A DNA stretch of 32,267 nucleotides, from contig JAYWEM010000180.1 of NCBI GenBank assembly GCA_043779265.1, positions 1 through 32,267 of the forward strand, in the 5' to 3' direction. This document shows, one piece after another, positions 9,431 through 18,953 of this stretch (the first letter of the stretch is position 1; the number at the start of each line of letters is the position of its first letter). The notes beneath the pieces were generated by a model. It made no database searches. It saw nothing but the letters and a program-made list of their open reading frames with translations, and was not told the origin of the DNA. The translations under genes were made by a program, and so were the position numbers. Source of the DNA: a bacterium (GTDB taxonomy: Bacteria; Eisenbacteria; RBG-16-71-46).

Positions 9431-9907
9431 ATGCTCAAGAAACGGCGCCGAGTCGGCATCGCCATCGACATGACTCCGATGGTGGACATCGCGTTCCTGT
9501 TGTTGATCTTCTTCATGTGCACCACTCAGTTCAAGCCGCCGGAGAAGGACAAGATCACGCTGCCGGATTCCTCTTCGGAGGCGAAGTCACCTGAGTCGCA
9601 GATCATCATGATCTCGGCGACTCCGACAGGGCCGGTCAAGTTGACCTACAAGCCCCTCGGAGGCGAGGAGGTCGAACTGGTGCTCGATGCCGCGACCCTC
9701 CCCGAGACGTTCGGTCATGCCATCAAGACAGCTCGTGCCGCGGCACCGGCGTCCCGCATCCTGCTCAAGATGGACAAGGATGCGAAGTACGGAGTGATGG
9801 CCGACATGATCGCGGGTCTTCAGGAGGCCAACGCCACCCGATTCAACGTGCAGACCAACCTCAAGGGCGGCGCAGGCGCGTTCGCCAAGCAGGCGAGCGG
9901 GCAGTAG
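9431..9907 (+). CDS. exbD: Biopolymer transporter ExbD/TolR (paralog 1)
   Basis: IDMTPMVDIAFLLLIFFM TM with the essential Asp; periplasmic LKMDKDAKYGVMADMIAGL. Confidence 0.92.
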   Translation: MLKKRRRVGIAIDMTPMVDIAFLLLIFFMCTTQFKPPEKDKITLPDSSSEAKSPESQIIMISATPTGPVKLTYKPLGGEEVELVLDAATLPETFGHAIKTARAAAPASRILLKMDKDAKYGVMADMIAGLQEANATRFNVQTNLKGGAGAFAKQASGQ

Positions 9908-9934
9908 CCCGGTCCCCTTGAAGGAGATGTTCAT

Positions 9935-10426
9935 ATGGGAATGGTAGACACACCGGATCGGTCCAGTAAGAAGAAGGGCAAGAGCACACGGCGCAAGAAG
10001 CGCCGCGTGGGTATCCATATCGACATGACGCCGATGGTCGATATCGCATTCCTGCTGCTCATCTTCTTCATGGTCACGACCGTGTTCCGTACGCCACAGG
10101 CGATGGAGATCAATCTCCCGCCCGACCAGGAGTCCGAGATCGAGGTCGCGGAGTCCAAGGTGATCCAGCTTCGGTTGCTCGGGGACGGTCGGCTCTACTG
10201 GAAGCATGGAGCCAATGCGTTCACGCGTGCCGAGGTGACCGGGCTCAAGGACGTGCTCGCGCCCTACGCCGGTCGCACCGAGATGATCATCGTCGTCGCG
10301 ATCGACCGTGAGTCGCCGTTCGACTACATGGTGCAGGCGCTGGATCACCTGCACAGTGCCAAGTTGACGCGGTTCTCGGTGAGCCCGATGAAGGAGCAGG
10401 AGAAGAAGGAGGTCGAGTCGCTGTGA
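9935..10426 (+). CDS. exbD: Biopolymer transporter ExbD/TolR (paralog 2)
   Basis: IDMTPMVDIAFLLLIFFMVTTVF; IDRESPFDYMVQALDHL. AAGGAG RBS. Confidence 0.92.
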   Translation: MGMVDTPDRSSKKKGKSTRRKKRRVGIHIDMTPMVDIAFLLLIFFMVTTVFRTPQAMEINLPPDQESEIEVAESKVIQLRLLGDGRLYWKHGANAFTRAEVTGLKDVLAPYAGRTEMIIVVAIDRESPFDYMVQALDHLHSAKLTRFSVSPMKEQEKKEVESL

Positions 10427-11151
10427 GTGCCAACTCCGAGCGTCCGAGCCTCTTCGAGTTCATGCCCTACGGGGCGCCTGAACTCAAGCAAGTCGCCAAG
10501 CCCTACATGTTGCGCGCACTCGGTGGCGGGATCCTCGTGATCCTGGGTTGCTTCGGCCTGTTCGCGCTGGTGAACTTCATCCAGTCGCGGCAGGAGATGT
10601 CGATCCCCGTCGTGCAGATGCAGGTGAGCGATCTCGCTGCCCCGCCGCCGCTGAGCCAGGACACGCCGCCGCCGCAGGTCCAGGTGCAGCCCACCGAAGC
10701 TCCGCCCGTGGCGGCCATCCCGGTGCCGGTGCCCGATGCCGAGGCCCCGCCCGAGCAGACCATCATGACTCAGGAGGAGATCTCCCAGACCACGCCGGGG
10801 ATCTCGACCGAGGGGGACGGCGGACAGATCGTCGTCGCGCCTCCTTCCGAGGAATCCATGCCCGGCCTGGGGCAGTACGTGTACGTCGAGGAACTCCCGG
10901 AGGCGATCAAGCGCGTCCATCCCCGCTATCCGGATCTGGCTCGCGAAGCCGGAATCGACGGTACCGTGCTCGTCCAGGCGTTGGTCGATAAGAACGGCAA
11001 GGTCCGCGACGTGAAGGTCCAGAAGAGCATCCCGATGCTGGATCAGGCGGCCGTGGATGCGGTCAAGCAGTGGACCTTCAAGCCGGCCCTCTCGAACAAC
11101 AAGCCGGTGGCCGTGTGGGTGGCCGTTCCAGTGAAGTTCAGCTTGAACTGA
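10423..11151 (+). CDS. tonB: Energy transducer TonB
   Basis: YGAPEL pre-TM motif, single TM, Pro-rich linker, C-terminal domain PRYPDLAREAGIDGTV...LDQAAVDAVKQWTFKPA...VPVKF. GTG start overlaps the exbD stop. Confidence 0.92.
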   Translation: MSANSERPSLFEFMPYGAPELKQVAKPYMLRALGGGILVILGCFGLFALVNFIQSRQEMSIPVVQMQVSDLAAPPPLSQDTPPPQVQVQPTEAPPVAAIPVPVPDAEAPPEQTIMTQEEISQTTPGISTEGDGGQIVVAPPSEESMPGLGQYVYVEELPEAIKRVHPRYPDLAREAGIDGTVLVQALVDKNGKVRDVKVQKSIPMLDQAAVDAVKQWTFKPALSNNKPVAVWVAVPVKFSLN

Positions 11152-11184
11152 AGTTCCACGAGGTCCAGATTCGAAGTCGTCGAC

Positions 11185-11229
11185 CGGGCGCCTCACCGCG
11201 AAAAGCGGCGAGGCGCCCGTCTAGTTCTC
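11185..11229 (+). terminator. Probable intrinsic terminator after tonB
   Basis: Stem CGGGCGCCTC-A-CCGC / GCGG-C-GAGGCGCCCG with GAAAA loop, followed by TCTAGTTCT. Confidence 0.65.
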
Positions 11230-11249
11230 GTCTCCGGGCGGATCGCGGC

Positions 11250-11275
11250 GGAATGCGCAGGTATTGCTTCGCGTA
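11250..11275 (+). promoter_or_regulatory. ECF-sigma-like promoter upstream of the second tonB
   Basis: GGAAT (11250-11254), 17 nt spacer, CGTA (11272-11275), between the terminator and the GGAGGAGG RBS. Confidence 0.35.
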
Positions 11276-11306
11276 GCCACTGCGGACCCCAACGGAGGAG
11301 GGATCG

Positions 11307-12029
11307 ATGACCGCACTCGTCGTACGCCACGACCATCCACAACGAAACTCGTTCCTCGAGGACATCCGCTCCCGGCGGCAGGCGGGGGAGACCTCGATCG
11401 CGAGGGCGCTGCCCGCCTCGTCGCTGCTGCTCATGGCCGCGCTCGCGATCGTCGGCCTGCTGCCGGACCGAGGCTCCCAGCAGGTGGCGGGCCCTTCGAT
11501 CGCCGTGGAGCTTCGCGAGTGGGGCGCGCCACCTCGGATCGAGCATCCGCCAGTCGATCGCATCGCCGCCAGGCCGTCGGCTCCCGCGCGAGCGGACGCC
11601 ATCGCAGTCCCTGCGCCTGATGGGGGCACCATTGCGGAAGCCGTCTCCGGGGCCGGGAGGGCCGATGCGGAGGGATCATCGCCTCCCTCGATCGCGGGTT
11701 CGGGGTCGGGCACGGCGCCGGTCACGGAGGTCGGCTCCAGTGAACCCGGCTTCACCTGGTTCGAACGGATGCCCGAGGTGGTTCGGAGTGTGAAACCCAT
11801 CTACCCGGAACTCGCGATCTCCGCACAGGTGGAGGGCACGGTCCAGGTCTGGGCTCTCGTCTCGAAGGAGGGAACGGTCCAAGAGGCACGCATCCGTCGT
11901 TCCATCGTGGTGCTCGACCAGGCGGCTCTCGATGCGGTCCGCCAGTGGCGATTCATACCTGCCCGAAGCGGCGACCAGGCAGTTCGGGCGTGGGTGAGCG
12001 TCCCGATCCGATTCCGATTGCGCGACTGA
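11307..12029 (+). CDS. tonB: Second TonB-family energy transducer
   Basis: Single TM, Pro/Ala/Ser linker, C-terminal PIYPELAISAQVEGTV...LDQAALDAVRQWRFIPA...VPIRF. Strong RBS. Confidence 0.85.
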   Translation: MTALVVRHDHPQRNSFLEDIRSRRQAGETSIARALPASSLLLMAALAIVGLLPDRGSQQVAGPSIAVELREWGAPPRIEHPPVDRIAARPSAPARADAIAVPAPDGGTIAEAVSGAGRADAEGSSPPSIAGSGSGTAPVTEVGSSEPGFTWFERMPEVVRSVKPIYPELAISAQVEGTVQVWALVSKEGTVQEARIRRSIVVLDQAALDAVRQWRFIPARSGDQAVRAWVSVPIRFRLRD

Positions 12030-12034
12030 ACCTG

Positions 12035-12072
12035 CGGGCGTGGTGGCTTCGGCCCCCGAACCACCGCGCCCG
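12035..12072 (+). terminator. GC-rich hairpin after second tonB (terminator-like, no U-tract)
   Basis: CGGGCGTGGTGG-C-TTCGG / CCGAA-CCACCGCGCCCG stem with a 3-nt loop, starting 6 nt after the stop codon. Confidence 0.45.
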
Positions 12073-12105
12073 AATGGGGTTCTCCTGCGCCGGTCGAGTA
12101 GACAT

Positions 12106-12134
12106 TTGACCCTCCTGCGGCGCTCCCGGAGACT
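12106..12134 (+). promoter_or_regulatory. Putative sigma70-type promoter of the exporter operon
   Basis: TTGACC, 17 nt spacer, GAGACT, about 70 nt upstream of the Yip1 ATG. Confidence 0.35.
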
Positions 12135-12204
12135 CCGGGCGAGTGTCCATAGCCGCCCCCGGGCCCCGTGTCCGTCCGACCTCCCCCCAGCCAGGAGCCC
12201 GAAC

Positions 12205-12963
12205 ATGTCCCTGCCGCTCGATGCACCGGTGTCGTCGGAGAGCCAGGACGGGTCGCCGCTCTCCTTCCTCCAACGAGTCGGCCGTGTCTTCACGGACCCC
12301 GCGAACGCGTGGTCCGGGCTCGGAGCGAAGCCGCAGTTCCTCCTGCCGCTTCTCGTGACCATGCTGTTCAGCCTCGCGTCGACGGCCATCCTCTACCCGC
12401 GCGCCATCGTCCCGATGCAACTCGAGCAGATGGAAATGCAGGTCCTGAATGGCCAGATGCCGCCCGAGTCATTCGATCGGGCTGTCGAGATGATCGACTC
12501 CCCGATGATGATGGGCGTCACGCTCGTGATGGTCGTGCTCGGTACCCTGTTGTTCTATCTGGTCGCCGCAGGGACGATCGGATTCGGCGTGGGATTCGTT
12601 CTCGGCTGCAAGCTGCGATTCCGTTCGGCATTCGAGGTCGTGGTCTGGGCCGGACTCGTGACATTGCCCGGGGCCGTGATCCACTCCGTGATGGGCTGGT
12701 TCCAGCAGACGATGGACGTCCGCCTGAGCCCGGCCGTGCTGCTTCCTGCGATGAGCGAGGCGAGCAAGCTGGAGGCGGGTCTGATCTCGTTCTTCCAGTG
12801 GATGAACCCCTTCAGCCTGTGGTTCCTCGCCGTCACGATCATCGGTGCGAGCGTGCTCTCCGGGGCACCCCGCAAGAACGTGACCTGGGTGCTGGCCGGG
12901 CTCTATGTGGCGTTCGCGATCGTCCTTTCCGCGGTCGCCATGATGTTCGCGCCGGGGGCGTGA
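12205..12963 (+). CDS. Yip1-family (YknW-like) multi-pass membrane protein
   Basis: RVGRVFTDPANAWSGL..KP..LLPLL N-terminal Yip1 pattern, about five TM helices, NPFSLW motif. AGGAG RBS, ATG 12205. Confidence 0.8.
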   Translation: MSLPLDAPVSSESQDGSPLSFLQRVGRVFTDPANAWSGLGAKPQFLLPLLVTMLFSLASTAILYPRAIVPMQLEQMEMQVLNGQMPPESFDRAVEMIDSPMMMGVTLVMVVLGTLLFYLVAAGTIGFGVGFVLGCKLRFRSAFEVVVWAGLVTLPGAVIHSVMGWFQQTMDVRLSPAVLLPAMSEASKLEAGLISFFQWMNPFSLWFLAVTIIGASVLSGAPRKNVTWVLAGLYVAFAIVLSAVAMMFAPGA

Positions 12964-13058
12964 CGCCGCGCGTGCAACCCCGTAGACCAATGACCCGTAT
13001 CCATGAGCGCCGCCGGGGACGTCCCGCGGTGACCTACTCAGAGAGGAGTGTCCCGAGG

Positions 13059-14432
13059 ATGCGTCCCGTCCTTCCCGCCCTCACCCTGCTGCTGGCAGTG
13101 GCAAGTGCCTCACCCGCCCGATCGGCGGATCTCACCGCGGATGAGGCGGTGCGGATCGCCTTGCTCCGCAACTCCCAGGCGATCTCAGCCGAGGCGTCGG
13201 TGCTCGATGCGCGCGGCGGCCTGTGGGGCGCGTACGCGGGAGTGCTCCCGAGCGTCTCGGCCAACTATAGCTACACCCGCACGGTCGCCGACCCCTCGGA
13301 TCGCACCCAGACGACCTATTTCGGACCGGTCCCGGTGGACTACCGCACGATCTCGTCCACCAGCACGACCACGTCCCCGAGCATCACCGGTCGTTGGTCG
13401 CTGATCGACCTGTCGTCCTGGAGCAGCCTGTCCTCGGCACGCCAGGGAATGGCAGCGGCACAGGCCTCTCGCCAATCCACGCGGCAGGACGTGATCCTCG
13501 AGACTCGCCGACGATTCTACGACGTGGTCCGGTCGTGGCGGCTCGCCGAGGTCTCGGCCGGCGCTCTGAGGCTGGCCCGCGATGACGAGCGGCGCGTTCG
13601 CGCGCTGTTCGAGGTCGGGTCGGTCTCGAAGAGCGACCTGCTCAAGGCTCGAGTGCGGACATCGCAGAGCGAACTCGATTCGCTGGTGAGCCGCAATGCG
13701 GTCACCAATATGCGCATCTCGCTGGCCTCATTCCTCGGTGTCGCCGAGTCGGAGATGAGCGCGGTCGACACGGCGCTCATCAGCGTGAAGCGGGTGTACG
13801 AGCCGGCTGCAGTGCTGGCCGATGCCCGCGCATCGCGGCCCGATCTCGAGGCGGCGGATCGGCAGGTGAAGGCGGCGCAGGCGGGGCTCAATGCCGCTCG
13901 CTGGCGCCGGCTCCCGTCACTCGATCTGAGCGCATCGGCGAGCTTCCCCTCGAAGACCAAGAGCGAATCGGAAGTGGCCTTCGCCGACAGCAATGGCGTG
14001 TTCTCGGATCGCCAGGTGCAGGACGTCGAGAACACGTCGGATACGCGCTATTCGGCGACGCTCGGATTCAGCATGCCGATCTTCGACGGCTTCGCGACCG
14101 ACGCGCAGACCGCTTCGGCGCGCGCGCGCTTGTTGCGGACGCGTGAAACCCGGGACGCGCTCGTCCGTAATCTGGAGAGTGAAGTGCGTCAGGCGCTGCT
14201 GCAGTACCAGGAAGCCACGGAGCGTGAAGTGCTCGGCCGCCGGACGCTCGAGTCCGCCGCCGAGAACCTCAACCTGGTTCAGCAGAAGTACAACGTCGGA
14301 TCTTCCACGATCCTCGAGCTGATCGACGCACAAGTTCAGCTCCAGCGGGCCCAGAGCGATCTGGTCTCCGCCATGGCCGCCATCCGTGTCGCTGACGCCA
14401 CGCTCGATCGCGTGCGCGGCCGCGGCGAGTGA
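13059..14432 (+). CDS. TolC-family outer-membrane efflux protein
   Basis: Signal peptide; LTADEAVRIAL; FEVGSVSKSDLLKA; RPDL; PIFDG; KYNVGSSTILELIDAQ. GAGGAG RBS, ATG 13059. Confidence 0.92.
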   Translation: MRPVLPALTLLLAVASASPARSADLTADEAVRIALLRNSQAISAEASVLDARGGLWGAYAGVLPSVSANYSYTRTVADPSDRTQTTYFGPVPVDYRTISSTSTTTSPSITGRWSLIDLSSWSSLSSARQGMAAAQASRQSTRQDVILETRRRFYDVVRSWRLAEVSAGALRLARDDERRVRALFEVGSVSKSDLLKARVRTSQSELDSLVSRNAVTNMRISLASFLGVAESEMSAVDTALISVKRVYEPAAVLADARASRPDLEAADRQVKAAQAGLNAARWRRLPSLDLSASASFPSKTKSESEVAFADSNGVFSDRQVQDVENTSDTRYSATLGFSMPIFDGFATDAQTASARARLLRTRETRDALVRNLESEVRQALLQYQEATEREVLGRRTLESAAENLNLVQQKYNVGSSTILELIDAQVQLQRAQSDLVSAMAAIRVADATLDRVRGRGE

Positions 14433-14448
14433 ATCGAGGAGTGAACCG

Positions 14449-15735
14449 ATGAAGCTGAAGCCCTGGGTCTGGTTCGTCGCCGGAGGAGTGGTGGTGGTGG
14501 CGTTGATCGTCATCGGCGCCATGCAGAGCAACAAGGGGAAGGTCGAGTCGGTGCAGTTGGCTCGCGTGCGGTTGGAGGACGTGACGTCCCGCGTGCGCGC
14601 ACCGGGCAAGATCGAGCCGAAGACGCAGGTGAAGATCAGTGCCGACATCGCCGGCAAGGTGCTCGACCTCCGGGTCAAGGAGGGCGACCGCGTCAAGCGC
14701 GGCCAGCTCATGCTCCAACTGGACGACACGCAGTACCGCGCGTCCCATCGCCAGGCTCAGGCGGGGCTGGCCTCGGCCAAGGCCCGTCTGCGTGAGGCGG
14801 AATCGTCGCTGCGCGTGAGCGACGCCAACTTCGAGCGTCAGCGCACGCTGTTCCAGCAGCGCCTGCTCTCGCAGGCCGAGTGGGATGCGGCATCGAGCGT
14901 GAATGAGGGCGCCCGCGTCGCGGCCGCCACGGCTCGCGAGGACGTGGCGCGCGGCCAGGCGTCGCTCGAGTCCACGGCGGACTACCTCTCCAAGTGCCGC
15001 TTCCTGGCGCCGTTCGATGGCGTTGTCAGCGCACTGAACGTCGAGGAAGGGGAGACCGTCATCACGGGCACGATGAACAACCCCGGCTCGCAGATCATGG
15101 TTGTCTCGGATCTCTCGCGCATGCTGGTCCGTGCCGAAGTCGATGAGACGGATGTCGTGGACATGCGCATCGGACAGAAGACGCGCATCACGGTGGATGC
15201 CTATCCCGACACCCATTTCGTCGGAATGGTCACCACGATCGGAAATACGGCGAAGCGGTCGCTGACGTCGTCAGTCGAAGGGCAGACGAACTTCGAGGTC
15301 GAGGTCGTGTTCGCCGAGGACGTGCCCGGCGTCCGTCCCGGCATGACGGCCGACGTCGACATCGAGACCGGCACGCATGCCGGGACACTCGCCGTGCCCA
15401 TCCAGGCTGTGGTCATCCGGACGGAGCGCGAGCTCGAGCGGGCCAAGCTGGGCGGCAAGGGCAAGCCCAAGGCCAAGCGTGGTGCGGCGATCGCCGCCGA
15501 GGACGACACCGTCGGCAAGAAGGACAAGGAGATCGCGGGCATCTTCATCGTCGAGAACGATGTCGCCAGGTTCGTGCGGGTGCGCACGGGACTTGCCAGC
15601 GAGACCATGATCGAGGTTCTGGGAGAGGTCACCGAGGGCAGCTCGGTGGTCTCGGGACCGTACAAGGCGCTTCGCGAACTGAAGCCGGGCGGCAAGGTCA
15701 AGCGGGAGACCGTCACCGCCACCGGTCGCAAGTGA
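14449..15735 (+). CDS. MacA/YknX-like periplasmic adaptor (membrane fusion protein)
   Basis: N-terminal TM; lipoyl halves [12 protein letters not shown] and APFDGVV; coiled hairpin; [29 protein letters not shown]. Confidence 0.93.
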   Translation: MKLKPWVWFVAGGVVVVALIVIGAMQSNKGKVESVQLARVRLEDVTSRVRAPGKIEPKTQVKISADIAGKVLDLRVKEGDRVKRGQLMLQLDDTQYRASHRQAQAGLASAKARLREAESSLRVSDANFERQRTLFQQRLLSQAEWDAASSVNEGARVAAATAREDVARGQASLESTADYLSKCRFLAPFDGVVSALNVEEGETVITGTMNNPGSQIMVVSDLSRMLVRAEVDETDVVDMRIGQKTRITVDAYPDTHFVGMVTTIGNTAKRSLTSSVEGQTNFEVEVVFAEDVPGVRPGMTADVDIETGTHAGTLAVPIQAVVIRTERELERAKLGGKGKPKAKRGAAIAAEDDTVGKKDKEIAGIFIVENDVARFVRVRTGLASETMIEVLGEVTEGSSVVSGPYKALRELKPGGKVKRETVTATGRK

Positions 15736-15739
15736 GCGC

Positions 15740-16459
15740 ATGATGCTGATCGAGATCCGTGACCTGCATCGCGTCTATCAAGTCGGAGACCAGGAGGTGC
15801 GCGCGCTCGATGGCGTGGACCTCGACATCCGGCAGAACGAGTATCTCGCGATCATGGGCCCCTCGGGCTCCGGCAAGTCGACGCTCATGAACATCATCGG
15901 CTGCCTCGACACGCCAACGCAGGGCTCCTATCGCCTCAAGGACAAGGAGATCGCAACGCTCACGGATGACGAGTTGGCGCGAATCCGGAACCAGGAGATC
16001 GGATTCGTCTTCCAGACGTTCAATCTGCTGGCTCGCGCCGATGCTCTGCACAACGTCGAGCTGCCGCTCGTCTATGCCGGCCTCAAGCATGAGGAGCGGC
16101 GGAGGCGTGCCAAGGAGGCGTTGACGTTGGTCGGGCTGGGCGATCGCATGATGCACAAGCCGAACGAGCTCTCGGGCGGTCAGCGTCAGCGCGTGGCGAT
16201 CGCGCGTGCACTCGTCAACAAGCCGAGCATCATCCTGGCGGACGAGCCGACGGGGAACCTCGACTCCAAGACCGGTGACGACATCATGACGGCGTTCCAT
16301 GGCATCTGGAGCGCCGGGAACACGGTGATCCTCGTCACCCACGAGGCTGATGTGGCGGAGCACGCCCACCGTATCGTGCGCGTGAAGGACGGGCGCATCG
16401 AGAGCGACACGGTCAACCCGAACCCGCGTGGTGCCTCCGCGAGCGGGGCGCACGCGTGA
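15740..16459 (+). CDS. MacB/LolD-type ABC transporter ATP-binding protein
   Basis: Walker [18 protein letters not shown], signature [15 protein letters not shown], Walker [15 protein letters not shown] switch. Confidence 0.95.
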   Translation: MMLIEIRDLHRVYQVGDQEVRALDGVDLDIRQNEYLAIMGPSGSGKSTLMNIIGCLDTPTQGSYRLKDKEIATLTDDELARIRNQEIGFVFQTFNLLARADALHNVELPLVYAGLKHEERRRRAKEALTLVGLGDRMMHKPNELSGGQRQRVAIARALVNKPSIILADEPTGNLDSKTGDDIMTAFHGIWSAGNTVILVTHEADVAEHAHRIVRVKDGRIESDTVNPNPRGASASGAHA

Positions 16460-17673
16460 ACCTCCGAGAGAGCGTCGGGATCGCCCTCGCCGGGCTGCGG
16501 GCCAACAAGCTCCGCTCGTTCCTGACGCTGCTCGGCACGATCATCGGCGTGGCCTCGGTCATCGCGGTCGTGTCGTTCGTCGAGGGCATGAACCAGTTCG
16601 TCACGCGGAAGCTCCTGAACGCTGGCGCGAACGTGTTCGTCGTCGACAAGTACGGCTTCATCACGAGTGAGGAGGCGTGGGAGGAGGCTCAGAAGCGTCC
16701 GGACGTGACGCTCGACGATGCTCAGGCGCTTCGAGAGGGTGTCGCCCATGCCTCCATGGTCGTGGCTCAGGCCAACGGGAGCGCGCCCGTCCGATATCGC
16801 GCCAAGTCGATGAAAGGGGTCTCGCTCAACGGGCGTGGTCCTGGCTATGAGGTGGTGGACGATCAGGCCATCGGGTTCGGCCGCCATCTGACGCACGTCG
16901 ACGATTCGAATCGCAGGCTGACGTGCGTGATCGGATCCGAGGTCGCCGAGGAACTGTTCGGCAATCTCGATCCCATCGGCAGGCGGATCCGGGTCGACCG
17001 ATGGGAGTTCGAAGTCGTGGGCGTGACCGCGGCGAAAGGCAAGGTTTTCGGGCAGAGCCAGGATCGTTTCGTCACCGTCCCCATCCATACGTTCCAGAAG
17101 TACTGGCAGGAGCGCGGGTCCTTCGCGATCGCCGTCAAGAGCATCGATCAGGCCTCGCTGCCCCGGGCCGAGCAGGAGGCGCGCAACATCCTCCGCTCGA
17201 TGCGCCATCAGAGGCCGGGTCAGCCCGACCAGTTCGGCATCACGACCTCGGAGACCTGGCTCGAGCTCTACCGCAACCTCACGGGCGGGATCTTCGTCGT
17301 CTCGATCGGTGTCGCGGCGATCTCGCTGCTCGTCGGGGGGATCGTCATCATGAACATCATGCTCGTGTCCGTGACCGAGCGGACCAAGGAGATCGGCATC
17401 CGCAAGGCGCTTGGCGCGAGGAGACGGGACATCATGACGCAGTTCCTCGTCGAGTCGACGACGCTCTCGCTGGCCGGCGGCATTCTCGGGATCATCGCCG
17501 GCGGCTCGCTGGCGCTCGGGGTGGGATTGATCAGCCCACTCCCGGCAGCCGTGAGTGCTCCGGCGATCATCATGGGACTCGTCATGAGCACGGTGGTCGG
17601 GATGTTCTTCGGCTCCTATCCAGCGTACCGCGCCGCGCAACTCGATCCCATCGACGCCCTCCGGTACGAGTGA
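16456..17673 (+). CDS. MacB/FtsX-family ABC permease (type A1, 405 aa)
   Basis: [21 protein letters not shown]; periplasmic core; [47 protein letters not shown]. Confidence 0.93.
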   Translation: MNLRESVGIALAGLRANKLRSFLTLLGTIIGVASVIAVVSFVEGMNQFVTRKLLNAGANVFVVDKYGFITSEEAWEEAQKRPDVTLDDAQALREGVAHASMVVAQANGSAPVRYRAKSMKGVSLNGRGPGYEVVDDQAIGFGRHLTHVDDSNRRLTCVIGSEVAEELFGNLDPIGRRIRVDRWEFEVVGVTAAKGKVFGQSQDRFVTVPIHTFQKYWQERGSFAIAVKSIDQASLPRAEQEARNILRSMRHQRPGQPDQFGITTSETWLELYRNLTGGIFVVSIGVAAISLLVGGIVIMNIMLVSVTERTKEIGIRKALGARRRDIMTQFLVESTTLSLAGGILGIIAGGSLALGVGLISPLPAAVSAPAIIMGLVMSTVVGMFFGSYPAYRAAQLDPIDALRYE

Positions 17674-17675
17674 CC

Positions 17676-18947
17676 ATGCGCACCTCCGACCTGCTTCGCG
17701 AGACGTTCCAGATGGCCCGGGCCGCGCTGTTGGCCAATCGCCTCCGCTCGATGCTGGCGCTGCTCGGCATTGTCATCGGCGTCGGCACCGTGATCGGCAT
17801 GGTCTCGTTGATCAATGGCTTCCAGAAATCGTTCCAGGACAGCATCCAGTCCTTCGGCAACAACACGCTCTACATCCGGCGCATCCGTCCCGGCATCCGA
17901 ATCAATGGGGACTTCCCGGACAGCCTGAGGCTCCGCAAGGCGTTCACCATGGACGACGCGAGGGCCATCATGGCTGGCGCGCCCGCCGTCAAGGCCATCG
18001 CACCATTCAAGTGGCCGTGGGATGACATCCGTCTTCGCCATCGCGACAAGCGGACCAAGACGACATTCTGCTACGGCACGAATCAGGAGTACCTGACGAC
18101 GCACAGCTACGACCTCGCTGCGGGACGATTCTTCACCGAGGAGGAGGTCCAGCGGAGCGCCAATGTGGTCGTGCTCGGAAAGGACACGCGTGAGGCTCTG
18201 TTCGGGGACGGTTCGGGCGTCGGTAAGACCGTCCATCTGAACGGGATTCCGTTCACGGTGCTCGGGGAGTTCGAGAAGAAGGGCAAGTTCCTCGGGAACA
18301 ACTTCGACGAAGTGGCCTGTGTTCCCTACACCGTCGTGGACAAGTACTGGACCGCTCCGCCATCGGCTCCACCCTGGGTGCCGAGGAAGGGCGAGTTGTT
18401 CCTCGACGCGATTGCCGTGTCGCCGGATCAGAGCGAGGCCGCGATGCTGCAGATCGGCGAGGTCCTCCGTGTCCGCCGCCAACTCCCGAGTAACAAGTTG
18501 AACGACTTCGTCGTGTTCAGTGACGATGCCTTCCTCTCGCTCTACAACACGGTCACCGGCGGGATCGTGGCGCTGATGACACTGATCTCCTCGATCTCGT
18601 TGCTCGTGGGTGGCATCGGCGTCATGAACATCATGCTGGTGGCCGTCACGGAGCGCACCCGGGAGATCGGTGTGCGCAAGGCCCTCGGGGCCCCGCGCAA
18701 GGCGATCCTGCTTCAGTTCCTCGTCGAGTCCGTGATGCTCACCGCCGTCGGCGGGGTGCTCGGAATCCTGCTGGGAGCGGGCGTCTCGGGGTTGGTACGG
18801 GCGCTGAGTCCATTGCCCACATTCGTCTCGCCGTGGTCGGTGATCCTGGCGCTGGGTTTCTCGGCGGTGGTCGGCGTGTTCTTCGGGCTCTACCCGGCGA
18901 TGCGCGCTTCTCGATTGGACCCGGTGGAGTCTCTGCGCTACGAATAG
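17676..18947 (+). CDS. MacB/FtsX-family ABC permease (type B1, 423 aa)
   Basis: ANRLRSMLALLGIVIGVGTVI; VGGIGVMNIMLVAVTERTREIGVRKALGA; LDPVESLRYE. ATG 17676. Confidence 0.93.
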   Translation: MRTSDLLRETFQMARAALLANRLRSMLALLGIVIGVGTVIGMVSLINGFQKSFQDSIQSFGNNTLYIRRIRPGIRINGDFPDSLRLRKAFTMDDARAIMAGAPAVKAIAPFKWPWDDIRLRHRDKRTKTTFCYGTNQEYLTTHSYDLAAGRFFTEEEVQRSANVVVLGKDTREALFGDGSGVGKTVHLNGIPFTVLGEFEKKGKFLGNNFDEVACVPYTVVDKYWTAPPSAPPWVPRKGELFLDAIAVSPDQSEAAMLQIGEVLRVRRQLPSNKLNDFVVFSDDAFLSLYNTVTGGIVALMTLISSISLLVGGIGVMNIMLVAVTERTREIGVRKALGAPRKAILLQFLVESVMLTAVGGVLGILLGAGVSGLVRALSPLPTFVSPWSVILALGFSAVVGVFFGLYPAMRASRLDPVESLRYE

Positions 18948-18953
18948 CAGCGC

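Noticed and set aside
8660..11151. Tol-Pal (tolQRA) or flagellar MotAB assignment
   Set aside because: There is no tolB/pal or OmpA-like peptidoglycan-binding domain, and the transducer has a Pro-rich linker and a TonB C-terminal domain.
12168..13058. Apparent 754-aa TolC fusion; likewise the extended permease ORFs starting at 16923 and 19766
   Set aside because: The extensions are Arg/Pro-rich off-frame read-through of the upstream genes. Proper starts are at 13059, 17676 and 20168.
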